A stretch of 64,000 nt of DNA from Candidatus Thorarchaeota archaeon (GTDB taxonomy: Archaea; Asgardarchaeota; Thorarchaeia; Thorarchaeales; Thorarchaeaceae): the NCBI GenBank assembly GCA_048882045.1, contig JBHLRZ010000001.1, positions 96,001-160,000 of the forward strand, in the 5' to 3' direction. A model generated the notes under the pieces. The model was not told where the DNA came from. It did not search any database and was given only the letters and a program-made list of their open reading frames with translations. Both the position numbers and the translations under genes were made by a program. Each line of letters begins with the position of its first letter. Position 1 is the first letter of the stretch. Shown here in pieces: positions 19,269-29,633 of this stretch.

Positions 19269-19976
19269 TTGACGGCTGAAATCATGACATTTGATGACAA
19301 GGACAATGGCGATAATGTCCTCGACAGAGCGGCAGAAGTCATCTTGTCAGGCGGCGTCGTTGTCTATCCCACCGACACTAGTTATGGACTCGGTTGTGAT
19401 CCAGGAAATACAGATGCAATGGACCGGCTCCTAGCAATAAAGCGACGAGACCGTAGAGTGGGAGTTCCACTGCTTTTCGCAGATACAGAGCAATGTGAGT
19501 CGTATCATGATTTTTGTGACCTCGAAAAGATAATAGTAAGGACATTTTGGCCTGGACCCTTGACTCTAATTGTGAGTCCGCGACCAGAGGTTCCGAGTCA
19601 CATAACAGCCGGTCGAGGTTCTGTAGCCATCAGAGTACCAGACCATACAGTACCAAGAGGCATTGCGCGGAGAGTTGATGGGCCGATAACAGGCACTAGC
19701 GCTAATCGAAGTGGTGGACCAAGTCCATTCGATCTATCAGTTGCAATGGACCAGCTTGGAGATGAGGTCGATCTCTATATCGATGGAGGTGTATCTTCCG
19801 CCCGAAACAACTCGACAATCATTGGTGTACAAGAATGTGAAGAAATTGGAGCCACACAGAACATCAAAATCTACAGGGAAGGTCAATGGACAGTTGAGGA
19901 CATTTCAAGAATGTTGAAGGGCGATTCAGAGGCAATGATGTTCTGGACTAGTCGGATTATCGATGCCGATATGTGA
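19269..19976 (+). CDS. sua5: L-threonylcarbamoyladenylate synthase (TsaC/Sua5, YrdC domain)
   Basis: YPTDTSYGLG, KRR, FWPGPLTL, TSANRSG; start approximate. Confidence 0.92.
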   Translation: MTAEIMTFDDKDNGDNVLDRAAEVILSGGVVVYPTDTSYGLGCDPGNTDAMDRLLAIKRRDRRVGVPLLFADTEQCESYHDFCDLEKIIVRTFWPGPLTLIVSPRPEVPSHITAGRGSVAIRVPDHTVPRGIARRVDGPITGTSANRSGGPSPFDLSVAMDQLGDEVDLYIDGGVSSARNNSTIIGVQECEEIGATQNIKIYREGQWTVEDISRMLKGDSEAMMFWTSRIIDADM

Positions 19977-20521
19977 GGCGAAAAGGACTGCGAAACTACA
20001 ATCTGCTTGTTGCCACTCCAAGAGACAGAGAGAGAGCGGCAAAATCAGAAGTTCTCTATTTTATTGGTGATCTCATAGGAGATTCGGAGCTCAAAGTTGC
20101 TCACACACACATTTCTGGCCTACTTGCCTGCAAGACTTCCTTGAACCCTTTTGAGGTCGTGGGAAAACTTCGAGAGTTTGCTTTGGAAAATGCATACCAG
20201 TTTAGATTCGCAATCCGTTTCACACCTCTTGAGGAATGTGTTGACTCAAATATCGAGGATATTGTGGAAGCCACGAAAAGACTACTACCTAAGATTGGAG
20301 AAGATGAGAGCTTCAGGGTCACTGTAAGACGACGACATACAGAACTGGAGAATATGGAGATTGTGACAGCGGTTGCAGCTGAGATTCCCAGAAAGGTGAA
20401 TCTTGATGCTCCTGACAAGACTGTCCTCGTGGAGGTGGTTGGTGATTGGACGGGCCTCTCCGTTTTATCAGGAGATGATGACATCCTCTCAATCATGACA
20501 ATGCGCGATAACTTGTACTAA
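19973..20521 (+). CDS. THUMP domain protein (Tan1-like)
   Basis: SFRVTVRRR..KVNLDAPDKTVLVEV. Confidence 0.85.
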   Translation: MRRKGLRNYNLLVATPRDRERAAKSEVLYFIGDLIGDSELKVAHTHISGLLACKTSLNPFEVVGKLREFALENAYQFRFAIRFTPLEECVDSNIEDIVEATKRLLPKIGEDESFRVTVRRRHTELENMEIVTAVAAEIPRKVNLDAPDKTVLVEVVGDWTGLSVLSGDDDILSIMTMRDNLY

Positions 20522-21099
20522 CTGTCAATCGCGACAAGAGAGATCCTACTCACAACACACTTTGCGAGTGCTTTCTGTAGCTCAAAATCATCTTCTGAAT
20601 CGGTAAAGGTTCTGACTTCTTTCATATCAATCTGGAAATGCTCTCGAATCCTTGAGAAACGTTTTTTCGTTGCCTCAAATGGTCGAGGCAATTCTTTTCC
20701 GATCTTTGTAGCTAGTTCATTGAGTGTTTCTCCTACAGTATTCCTATCCGTGCCGATAACTACTGCTGCAACATACTTGATGCCATCAAATACCCCCAAA
20801 TCTTCAAGCGCCTTGCCAATTTGTCTCTGCGCAGAGGCATAGACTATGACTTCCACGTCGAGACTTCGAGAGTGCATATAGTTCCCATCTTGTGCATTCA
20901 ATGCATTCTGTGCTGATGAAAGGAGATGGGTTTCATCGACTATTAGGTGGCTATTCATTAGTTGGACAGTCAATCCTGGACTTGCTAGTGATTTTGCTAA
21001 CTCAAGAAGTTCATCCTGACAAAGACTGTTTGAATTATGGATTTCTGAAATTCCCACAGCTGTGACCGTTTCGTCGGAGCTCAGCATTTCGATTCGCAA
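20518..21099 (-). CDS. cgi121: KEOPS complex subunit Cgi121
   Basis: HL..A..A...SRSLDVEVIVYASAQRQIGKALE.LG. Confidence 0.85.
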   Translation of the reverse strand: MRIEMLSSDETVTAVGISEIHNSNSLCQDELLELAKSLASPGLTVQLMNSHLIVDETHLLSSAQNALNAQDGNYMHSRSLDVEVIVYASAQRQIGKALEDLGVFDGIKYVAAVVIGTDRNTVGETLNELATKIGKELPRPFEATKKRFSRIREHFQIDMKEVRTFTDSEDDFELQKALAKCVVSRISLVAIDS

Positions 21100-21113
21100 T
21101 GAGGTTCATCCCT

Positions 21114-21695
21114 TTATAGACGTTTGATGAAGTAATCAGCAATTGTTGGTTCAAAGCCAACTTCGAATACAAGTCGATCGCGAAGCTGTTTCATTGTGAG
21201 AGATTCGTCCTCCTCACGAAAAGCTTTGATCAGAGAAATGATGGATGCACGAAGTTCCCATGGATATACAGTCCAGCTAGTCGTTTCGACCATATACAGG
21301 TCAGGGACAACTTTCGACGTTGGTTTGTAGTGAAGTACTGCAGAACATACCTTAGCTGCTCCAAGGCTTTTGATGTGCTCAATTGCGTGATACAATGTGT
21401 CACCGGTGTCTGCAACCTCGTCAATAAGGAGTACATTCTTTCCATTCATTGATCCAGTCAATGGTTGAGTTACTCGAGGTTCCTTGCCTTTTACACCGAC
21501 ATCTGTATAATACTCAATTCGGATGTTATGCAAAGAGTCCATGTAGAGAACATCAGATAGTATACGGGCAGGAATCCAACCCCCTCGTGCAATTCCAACG
21601 ATAATGTCTGGTTTGAAACCACTTTCTACAATTCTCTCAGAAAGTTGTAGAGTGAGGTTGTACACATCGCTCCAGTTCAGAATCAGATAATCCAT
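21114..21695 (-). CDS. Purine phosphoribosyltransferase
   Basis: GIARGGWIP, VLLIDEVADTGDT PRPP loop, WTVYPWE. Confidence 0.9.
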   Translation of the reverse strand: MDYLILNWSDVYNLTLQLSERIVESGFKPDIIVGIARGGWIPARILSDVLYMDSLHNIRIEYYTDVGVKGKEPRVTQPLTGSMNGKNVLLIDEVADTGDTLYHAIEHIKSLGAAKVCSAVLHYKPTSKVVPDLYMVETTSWTVYPWELRASIISLIKAFREEDESLTMKQLRDRLVFEVGFEPTIADYFIKRL

Positions 21696-21802
21696 CTTAT
21701 AGCCTCATCGAACCCTTGTGAGATTCGGGTGCCTCGTCCTAATTAATTCGTCTGATTTTGATGAGCACAACCTAAATCAGAGAGGTGTCATCTATCAATC
21801 AC

Positions 21803-23068
21803 ATGAAACCTGACATTCTCCTCACCAATATTGGACAGATTGCTACTCTGGAAGGCTATAGTGAGAAACCGAAAACAGGAGAAGAAATGAATGAGGTTTC
21901 AATCATTGAAAATGGCGCCATAGCCATAAAGGATGGGAAGATAGTTGCGGTTGGAACCACGAAAGAAGTCCTCTCTGAGGTTTCAGAGGACCCCGATCTG
22001 CCAAGTATCGAGTTTCCCGAGATGCTTGCAGTTCCTGGATTCATTGACAGTCACACGCATTTGGTCTTTGGTGGTTCAAGAGAGAACGACTTTGCAATGA
22101 AACTGGCTGGGAAGACCTATCTGGAGATACTGGAGGCAGGCGGAGGAATCCTGAATACATTAAGATCGACTCGAGCAGCAAGTCTTGAGGACTTGGTGAG
22201 TAATGGCTTTTCATATGCTGAGGGCATGCTGAGTATTGGAACTACTACACTAGAGGCAAAGAGTGGATATGGTTTAGATACAGAGAATGAGCTGAAGATG
22301 CTCAAGTCGGTTGAGAATCTTCGTGAGATGCTTCCAACCAATTTTGTATCAACATTCATGGGGGCACATGCAGTTCCTCCAGAGTACACAGGCAAGACCG
22401 AAGACTATGTAGATATCGTCATTAACGAAATGATTCCAGCAGTAGGAGAACAAGGATTTGCAGAGTACTGTGATGTGTTTTGTGAGAAGGGTGTCTTTGA
22501 TATTGAACAGTCTCGTAGAGTCCTTCTTGCAGCAAAGAAGCACGGAATGAAACTCAAGGTCCATGCAGATGAGATTGTTCAACTGGGAGGAGCAAGTCTA
22601 GCAGCAGAGGTTGGTGCAGTGTCGGCGGATCATCTGCTTATGGCTTCTAATGAGGGTTTGGAGGACTTGCTCAAAGCAGGAACCATTGCAACATTGTTAC
22701 CAGCAACAGCATTTAGTCTGGATACTGCATATGCAGACGCACGAATGATGATTGACTTGGGACTTCCATTGGCTTTGGCTACAGATTTCAATCCAAACTG
22801 TGCAAATGAATCTCTATTCTTCACGATAGCACTGGCCTGTTACAAGATGAAGATGAAACCCAAAGAAGCACTGTCAGCAGTTACAATCAACGCTGCCCAC
22901 GCACTTGACCGAGGACATACGCATGGCAGCATAGAGGTTGGTAAGAACGCCAACATCTTGGTCTTGGACTGTCCTAATCCAGAGTATCTAACTTGGAGGT
23001 TTGGAGTTAATCTAGTACATACCGTGATTGTTAATGGCCAGGTTGTTCACACAAAGCTTGGACCCTGA
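21803..23068 (+). CDS. hutI: Imidazolonepropionase
   Basis: PGFIDSHTHLVFGG, EAKSGYGL, DVFCEKG, HADE, SADHL, ATDFNP. Confidence 0.95.
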   Translation: MKPDILLTNIGQIATLEGYSEKPKTGEEMNEVSIIENGAIAIKDGKIVAVGTTKEVLSEVSEDPDLPSIEFPEMLAVPGFIDSHTHLVFGGSRENDFAMKLAGKTYLEILEAGGGILNTLRSTRAASLEDLVSNGFSYAEGMLSIGTTTLEAKSGYGLDTENELKMLKSVENLREMLPTNFVSTFMGAHAVPPEYTGKTEDYVDIVINEMIPAVGEQGFAEYCDVFCEKGVFDIEQSRRVLLAAKKHGMKLKVHADEIVQLGGASLAAEVGAVSADHLLMASNEGLEDLLKAGTIATLLPATAFSLDTAYADARMMIDLGLPLALATDFNPNCANESLFFTIALACYKMKMKPKEALSAVTINAAHALDRGHTHGSIEVGKNANILVLDCPNPEYLTWRFGVNLVHTVIVNGQVVHTKLGP

Positions 23069-23070
23069 TT

Positions 23071-24615
23071 CTAGACATCCAACAATGGACCAGTTATTTT
23101 CTCAGCAGAAGCTATCAACTTTCCTTGATTAATGAGAGCTCGAATCTTGTTGATATCAGGAGCCAGTGCTCGATCATCCTCAAGCATACTTACTTCCTTT
23201 CGGAGGGCTGTTTTTGCTGCTTCAATTGGTTCTGATGCCTTCAGTGGGGCGAGAAGGTCAATCCCTTGGGCTGCACACATGTATTCAATGGCAATCACAT
23301 TCCTGATATTTCCAAGAATGTTTGATGCTTTGCGTGCAGCGATTGTTCCCATGCTCACGTGGTCCTCTTGGTCTGCGCTAGTAGGGATAGAGTCAACACT
23401 TGCAGGATGAGCGAGTCCCTTGTTCTCTGAAACCAGTGCGGCTGCTGTGTACTGAGCAATCATCATTCCTGACTCAAGACCGCCCTCAGTGGTTAGAAAT
23501 GCAGGAAGTCCGCTCAGGTGAGGATTCACGAGACGGTTTATTCTTCTCTCGGAGATGTTTGCAAGCTCAGCCAGAGCAATGCTCAAGAAATCCATTGCTA
23601 GTGCGATGGGTTGGCCATGAAAATTGCCACCTGAAACAACAGTGTTGTCATCAGAGAATACGAGTGGGTTGTCTGTTGCTGAATTGAGCTCGGTTTCGAT
23701 GACACTCTGCACATATCTGATGGTGTCAAGTGTTGCTCCAATCACCTGGGGAATACAGCGTAGTGAATAAGCATCTTGAACTACACCACAGTCTGCATGG
23801 GACTTATTGATCTCACTGTCGGGAAGAAGAACCCTCATTGCCACTGCTACATCAGTCTGACCTTCGTGTGGACGAATTGTATGGATTCTCTCATCAAAAG
23901 CAACACGAGTCCCACGTAACGCCTCCAGACTCATAGCTGCAGCGATCATTGCATCCTTCACAGTGTCGAACGCATCATAGACAGTGATAGCGCCAACTGA
24001 AGCCATGGGCTGGGTGCCATTGATGAGTGCCACACCTTCTTTGGCTTGAAGTTCTAGAGATCTGATTCCTGCTTTCTTCAGAGCTTTAGCCCCATCCATA
24101 CGGTCTCCTTTGTAGACTGCTTCGCCCTCTCCAATCATAACGAGGGCCATATGAGCCAGAGGCGCCAGGTCACCACTAGATCCCACAGATCCCTGTTGTG
24201 GTACTACAGGTGTCACGTCCTTATTCAGCAGCTCAATCAGAGTAGAGATTACCTCTAGCCTGACACCAGAGTATCCTTTCGCAAGAGCATTTGCACGAAG
24301 GAGCATCATACCCCGGACTACTTCAACTGGAAAGGGATCTCCAACGCCAACACTGTGACTGCGTATCAGATTCACCTGAAGCTTTGCAAGGTCTACTGAA
24401 CTGATACACACATCTGAGAGGTCTCCAAACCCAGTGTTGATTCCATAGACTACTTTTCCCTCTTTTATTGCGGCCTCAACTACCGCTCGACTGCTCTTGA
24501 TTCGAGGGATTGTTGATTCATGCAAAAGAACTGGCTCATTGTATCGGGCAACCTGCACAACATCTTCTAGAGTGAGACTCTCACCATCAACCATGACGGG
24601 CATTTTATCCACCAA
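23071..24615 (-). CDS. hutH: Histidine ammonia-lyase
   Basis: YGINTGFG, GSVGSSGDLAPL (MIO loop), QDAYSLRC, GGNFHG, QEDHVSM. Confidence 0.95.
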   Translation of the reverse strand: MVDKMPVMVDGESLTLEDVVQVARYNEPVLLHESTIPRIKSSRAVVEAAIKEGKVVYGINTGFGDLSDVCISSVDLAKLQVNLIRSHSVGVGDPFPVEVVRGMMLLRANALAKGYSGVRLEVISTLIELLNKDVTPVVPQQGSVGSSGDLAPLAHMALVMIGEGEAVYKGDRMDGAKALKKAGIRSLELQAKEGVALINGTQPMASVGAITVYDAFDTVKDAMIAAAMSLEALRGTRVAFDERIHTIRPHEGQTDVAVAMRVLLPDSEINKSHADCGVVQDAYSLRCIPQVIGATLDTIRYVQSVIETELNSATDNPLVFSDDNTVVSGGNFHGQPIALAMDFLSIALAELANISERRINRLVNPHLSGLPAFLTTEGGLESGMMIAQYTAAALVSENKGLAHPASVDSIPTSADQEDHVSMGTIAARKASNILGNIRNVIAIEYMCAAQGIDLLAPLKASEPIEAAKTALRKEVSMLEDDRALAPDINKIRALINQGKLIASAEKITGPLLDV

Positions 24616-24713
24616 GGTCTAACATATACAGCAACTAGTGTGTACTAGTTACCGTCGAGAGTGATTCATAGAAGCTCGCTTTAGTAGTTATCGTTGAATT
24701 TTGTAAAAATACT

Positions 24714-25220
24714 CTATACTATTCGCTCTTCCCGAGGTCCTAGTTTTAATCCCGTATCAAGCATAAAGCTCTTGTTGCAATTCTGACAGACCACTGATCC
24801 ATCATCTTGAATGTTCTTCTCTGAATAAAGATAGTAAGCGTTACAGAATGGACACCCCGACCCCTTACGACCTGGGTATTTTCGACTAAGTTCCCAACCA
24901 TGAAGTCTAGCAAGTTGCTCGATTTTCCTCAGAAATGTCGACTCTGCAGCAGCTTGTGAGCCAAAATCAATTCGAAGGAGACCCTCTCCACCACCGCTAG
25001 AGAGTACAGTTATTTCACATTCGTTGATTTCTACGTAGTGCTGGACAATGATAGTAATAGTTTGCTCACTCATTGTTCGGAGTGCTAGCTCAGAACGGAT
25101 GAAGACAGCATTAATCATTCCTCCGCATTCCCAGACCTTCTCAAGTTTGTCAGAGTAATCTTCACGTAATAATGATAGAAGAGAGTCTATCTCGATATTT
25201 CGAACTACGAGAGTGACCAC
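24714..25220 (-). CDS. Hypothetical protein with C-terminal zinc ribbon
   Basis: SSGGGEG..FG motif; CPFC..CQNC. Confidence 0.6.
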   Translation of the reverse strand: MVTLVVRNIEIDSLLSLLREDYSDKLEKVWECGGMINAVFIRSELALRTMSEQTITIIVQHYVEINECEITVLSSGGGEGLLRIDFGSQAAAESTFLRKIEQLARLHGWELSRKYPGRKGSGCPFCNAYYLYSEKNIQDDGSVVCQNCNKSFMLDTGLKLGPREERIV

Positions 25221-25277
25221 TTTATTGTAATCCTCAAATTGAAATTGGATTGAATCAACTTAATCTTTAGCAAAGTA

Positions 25278-27299
25278 TTATGCCTCTTCGAATGTCTTCT
25301 CAACCAACTGTTCTACTAGGCCTTTCTTTGGAATATGTGGAAGCGAAATTTGGCCTTTGTTTCCAAGTCTTTGATTCCATTCTATGACGGTTTCAATTGC
25401 GTTTTCGTTGCGCGCCCAGGCCCGACGGGCAACTCCTCCCATGACATCCCAGTCCAATGCAGATTGTATGATTGAATCAACTCGATCACTGCCATCAAGA
25501 ATCAACCCAAAACCACCATTGATTGCTTTACCAGTGCCAACTCCACCGCCATTTGAGAGGACACAGAGAGTCATGCCCCTTGCAATGTCACCAGCCCAGG
25601 CTTGATGTGCCATATCACTCATCACATTGCTTCCATCACGGATGTTAGCGGTTTCTCTGAAAGGGCTGTCAGTCCCTCCTGTATCATGGTGGTCTCGACC
25701 AAGCATAATCGGACCAACCTTTCCGGTACGCACCATTTCATTGAATTTCAGAGCAATATTCACGCGACCCTTGGCATCAGCGTACAGGATTCGTGCCTGT
25801 GACCCTACAACAAGAGCGTTCTTTTCAGCATCTCGAATCCAGATGTAGTTGTCCCTGTCCTGACCACGTTGATCAGGGTCAATCTGTGACATTGCCATCT
25901 TGTCCGTTTCAATTAGGTCATCATGCTCTCCACTCAAACAAACCCATCTGAAGGGACCATATCCATAGTCAAAACAGAGAGGGCCCATTATGTCTTCAAC
26001 ATAGGACGGGAAGATGAAGCCATCAGATGTGTTCTCTCCGTTCTTTGCTATCCTCTTGACACCGGCATCAAAGACAGCCTTCATGAAGCTGTTTCCGTAG
26101 TCCCAGAAGAATGTCCCCTGTTTTGTCATTTTTTCAATGAGTTCAAACTGTTTCCTTAGGGATTTGTCGACTAGGTCATTGAACTGGTCACGATCACTCT
26201 TCAGGAGTTCTCGGCCTTCCTCGTATGTAATACCCTGAGGTGTGTATCCTCCTCCATAGACATCATGACAGGATGTCTGATCTGAAGCCAGTTCTATCAT
26301 GATATCCTTGTCAACAACATACTGCCAGAGGTCTACTACATTGCCGAAGTAACCTATGGAAACAGGTTCTTCTTTCTGACGATAATCCTTGACCCATTCG
26401 AATATCTCATCAAGGTCAGACGAGTGTTTGCTCAACCAACCCTGCTCAAATCTGGTTTCAATCCGACTCTTGTCGACCTCAGCAATTATACCAATACCTC
26501 CAGCAATCTCAACTGCCTTTGCCTGCGCACCGCTCATCCCACCTAGACCGGAAGTGAGGAACACCTTGCCTCTTAGGTCCTTGTCATCTGGAGTGCCGAG
26601 GTACAACCTTCCTGCATTCAGAAGAGTGATGTATGTCCCATGTACAATTCCTTGAGGACCGATATACATCCAGCCTCCAGCTGTCATCTGACCATAGTTT
26701 GCGACTCCCATGGCGGCTGCATGATGGAATCCCTCCAATGTGTCAAACATACCAACCATGAGACCGTTTGTTGTGATGGCACGAGGGGCATTAGGATGAG
26801 ATGGGAAGAGACCAACAGGATGTCCTGAGCTTACAACAAGGGTCTGTTCATTCGTCATCTGTTCCAGATACTTCTTGATCAACTGATATTGGAGCCAGGA
26901 CTGACAGACCTGACCGCTCTCTCCATATGTGACAAGTTCGTAAGGATAGAGGGCTACATCAAAGTCCAGGTTATTGTCAATCATTAGCTGGAGGGCTCGA
27001 GCTTCAAGAATCCCCTTGTATTGGTCCACATGCTTTGCTTTGATTGGCCCCTCCGGACGGTATCGATAGGCGTAGATGCGTCCCCGCGTCATGAGTTCGT
27101 TCAGGAATTCTGGAGCCAAGGTTTCATGGAGATTCTCTGGCACATATCGCAGGGCATTCTTTACGGCAACTACTGTGTCAGATGGACTCAGGTTGAATCC
27201 TCTATCGGGAGCTCGTCTGTACTGAGGGTCAAAAACAGGCTCGGGAGGTAATTCAGAAGCGAGCTTGATAGTCATAGCCTTAGTAGTATCGAATTTCAT
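25278..27299 (-). CDS. hutU: Urocanate hydratase (long, ~670-aa type)
   Basis: YGQMTAGGWMYIGPQGIVHGT, GLGGMSGAQ, DQTSCH, GRDHHD, NGGGVG. Confidence 0.95.
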   Translation of the reverse strand: MKFDTTKAMTIKLASELPPEPVFDPQYRRAPDRGFNLSPSDTVVAVKNALRYVPENLHETLAPEFLNELMTRGRIYAYRYRPEGPIKAKHVDQYKGILEARALQLMIDNNLDFDVALYPYELVTYGESGQVCQSWLQYQLIKKYLEQMTNEQTLVVSSGHPVGLFPSHPNAPRAITTNGLMVGMFDTLEGFHHAAAMGVANYGQMTAGGWMYIGPQGIVHGTYITLLNAGRLYLGTPDDKDLRGKVFLTSGLGGMSGAQAKAVEIAGGIGIIAEVDKSRIETRFEQGWLSKHSSDLDEIFEWVKDYRQKEEPVSIGYFGNVVDLWQYVVDKDIMIELASDQTSCHDVYGGGYTPQGITYEEGRELLKSDRDQFNDLVDKSLRKQFELIEKMTKQGTFFWDYGNSFMKAVFDAGVKRIAKNGENTSDGFIFPSYVEDIMGPLCFDYGYGPFRWVCLSGEHDDLIETDKMAMSQIDPDQRGQDRDNYIWIRDAEKNALVVGSQARILYADAKGRVNIALKFNEMVRTGKVGPIMLGRDHHDTGGTDSPFRETANIRDGSNVMSDMAHQAWAGDIARGMTLCVLSNGGGVGTGKAINGGFGLILDGSDRVDSIIQSALDWDVMGGVARRAWARNENAIETVIEWNQRLGNKGQISLPHIPKKGLVEQLVEKTFEEA

Positions 27300-27375
27300 G
27301 GAAACACATCCATTCTTAGTCCATACTCACACACATGCCCTTCATAAAATACTCGCTGAAGAAGACATGCTGCAA

Positions 27376-27747
27376 TCATGATGGAGGAATGAGTGCATTG
27401 AACAAGCTGTCTTGAGGCAACTTCTCTGTCTCGAGAAAAGCCGTCCAGAGGCCATCCCTAGTCATCACACTCAAGGTCATACCTTCTTTGTATAATCGTA
27501 GGAGATACTCTAGATGCTTGATTAGATCCTGAATGAACTTTGACACATCCTCACCAGACTGTGGATCCTGTCGAGAGGGGAGAGAAACCTCGACTTCGAT
27601 TCTTCGTGGTGCCTCTGGATCCACTATAGCAAGAATTCGAACCCAGTCATTCTCACATAGGATTGACATGCACTCTTCGTCCTCAGATTCTAGGCCTGAA
27701 GCCAATGCTTCTTGCCATCTGGACTTCAATTCAAGAAGAGAAACCAT
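27376..27747 (-). CDS. Hypothetical protein, translationally coupled to upstream wHTH gene
   Basis: TGATG stop/start overlap at 27745-27749. Confidence 0.65.
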   Translation of the reverse strand: MVSLLELKSRWQEALASGLESEDEECMSILCENDWVRILAIVDPEAPRRIEVEVSLPSRQDPQSGEDVSKFIQDLIKHLEYLLRLYKEGMTLSVMTRDGLWTAFLETEKLPQDSLFNALIPPS

Positions 27748-28016
27748 CAGACCACCATACCATAACGATGAAACACCGCCTTCGCATTCTCATGATTGAC
27801 AGCATAGAGTGTTCTCCGCATGTCATCCAGGTTTGGTATCCTTGCACAAAGATTAGTTTCGACAAGCCGATCTAAGGCAAACGTGACAGTTCTTAATGGA
27901 ACATCTGCTTCTTTGCTGATTACACGAGGAGGATGCGGACCCCTTTTTGTCAAAAAAGCAAGGATCTGGAGGGCACTTTTTGGAAGTCTAATGGCTGATT
28001 GCACATTTTCCACCAT
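27747..28016 (-). CDS. MarR/ArsR-like winged-HTH regulator
   Basis: LPKSALQIL..GP..VPLRTVTFALDRL..RIPNLDDMRR. Confidence 0.8.
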   Translation of the reverse strand: MVENVQSAIRLPKSALQILAFLTKRGPHPPRVISKEADVPLRTVTFALDRLVETNLCARIPNLDDMRRTLYAVNHENAKAVFHRYGMVV

Positions 28017-28204
28017 GAGGAATTGTACATGATTTGGATATGTATGCACGTTACGTCTCAGATTCGGAAACCTACTTCATCATTTGGTGAATCTTGTTGT
28101 TTCTGGAATCTCGAGCTTCGGAAAATTACATTAAGAAAAAGCCGAAGACATTGCGTTTTTAACCGTGAGTCATCTCTCTAACCTCAATCGCAGGTTGAGG
28201 ACCT

Positions 28205-29326
28205 ATGAGTAGTATTTGGACCAAAGCACGTAAGAACACACCCAAGATAGATTGTGGTCTCTGTGGATTTCCAACCTGCGCAACCTTTGCTCGTTCCCTT
28301 GTAACAAATGAAACAGATCTGTCAAGATGCCCAATCCTCTCACTAGATGCTTTTGGAAACAATCAGAATGAACTGGCTGAACTGCTAGCTGACGTTCCAA
28401 TAACAGCAAAACCGGCCCCTGAGAGACCGGAAGATGGAGTTCTGATGTCAAAACCGTGCATGGATGCACCGGAGCTTCAGATGGCTGAGATGCGAATCTT
28501 CAATGGAGTAGATCCTGGATCCCCCCAGAGATTTGGCGTTTTGGATCCAGTCATCCTTTGTTGGCTTTTAGATTGTGTATCATCTAAATATCAGGATATG
28601 AAATGCAGTGTGGACCTTGCGTATGCATGGGGAGACATGGAAGAAACTAAGATTCACATTCTCAGAGATGGAAAGGTGAGAATGAGACGTGCAAGGGGAA
28701 AAGAGCATGCTTTAGAATCCTTCAGGATAATTGAACGGACAGTTATTGGAGCAACTATATGCAATTGCTGTGGGCATGATCTTTTCTCGGTGCTTGCAGG
28801 ACTGGCACCAGCGAAGAAGGCCCATACTATCCTCAAGGCTGGAAGCTCACTAGTGATTGATCCCGGACAGATTAATTGGACCTTGAGTAGTAATGCGATT
28901 GAAACCGCATTAGAAAAGAAGATGTTTAATCTAATCGAACCAATACATACTAGTCTAACAAATCAACTCGATCTTATGATAACCGGAGATTTCGATACAG
29001 AGAGTAAGTTCGATGCACGACCAGAGATATGCAAATACATCAGCATGATGCTTGAACCAGAGTCTCAAACCTATGTTACCATGTTCTTGAAGGGGTTAGC
29101 GAATGAGTTCTTCATGGATGGAGGACTGCGAGGACTCCGTGAGATTCGATTGCTAGTCCAAGAACAGCCTAAGTACAGTGATTTTGTAGTAGATCTATTG
29201 AGTAATGTGAGAACGAAGAATATGTCAGGATATGACATTGATTCGCTTGATCAACCTTCGACACTCTTGCTAGCACATGCCTTGAGAGTTTCCAGAGCAC
29301 TAGATCTCTACGATAGGTGGAAGTAG
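28205..29326 (+). CDS. Fe-S cluster-binding domain protein
   Basis: N-terminal DCGLCGFPTCATFA..CP (RnfB/AcsC-type 4Fe-4S motif); CNCC. Confidence 0.75.
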   Translation: MSSIWTKARKNTPKIDCGLCGFPTCATFARSLVTNETDLSRCPILSLDAFGNNQNELAELLADVPITAKPAPERPEDGVLMSKPCMDAPELQMAEMRIFNGVDPGSPQRFGVLDPVILCWLLDCVSSKYQDMKCSVDLAYAWGDMEETKIHILRDGKVRMRRARGKEHALESFRIIERTVIGATICNCCGHDLFSVLAGLAPAKKAHTILKAGSSLVIDPGQINWTLSSNAIETALEKKMFNLIEPIHTSLTNQLDLMITGDFDTESKFDARPEICKYISMMLEPESQTYVTMFLKGLANEFFMDGGLRGLREIRLLVQEQPKYSDFVVDLLSNVRTKNMSGYDIDSLDQPSTLLLAHALRVSRALDLYDRWK

Positions 29327-29327
29327 T

Positions 29328-29633
29328 CTAGGCTAGCTTACGCCAGGTCAATGGAGAAACATGTGATGTGAGTGGAGTGTTCTTGTATTTCTCCATTAGA
29401 AGTTTAGCTTGATCCATATTTACATGATATTTGGGCCGTCTCATATCAAGTAGGTTTGGAATCCGTTTCAGAATCTGGTCCCTCATTAGACTTCTAAGTG
29501 CGAAACTGACGGTACGTGGTGCCATATCCAATTTGTCACTGATCTCTTTAGGACACATGGGACCATCGAGTATCAACGCACTTAGGATTGCGAAGGTGCT
29601 CTTGGGAGTTCTTCCAGGTCGTACAGACACCAT
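29328..29633 (-). CDS. MarR/ArsR-like winged-HTH regulator (paralog of 27747-28016)
   Basis: PKSTFAIL..GP..APRTVSFALRSL..RIPNLLDMRR. Confidence 0.8.
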   Translation of the reverse strand: MVSVRPGRTPKSTFAILSALILDGPMCPKEISDKLDMAPRTVSFALRSLMRDQILKRIPNLLDMRRPKYHVNMDQAKLLMEKYKNTPLTSHVSPLTWRKLA

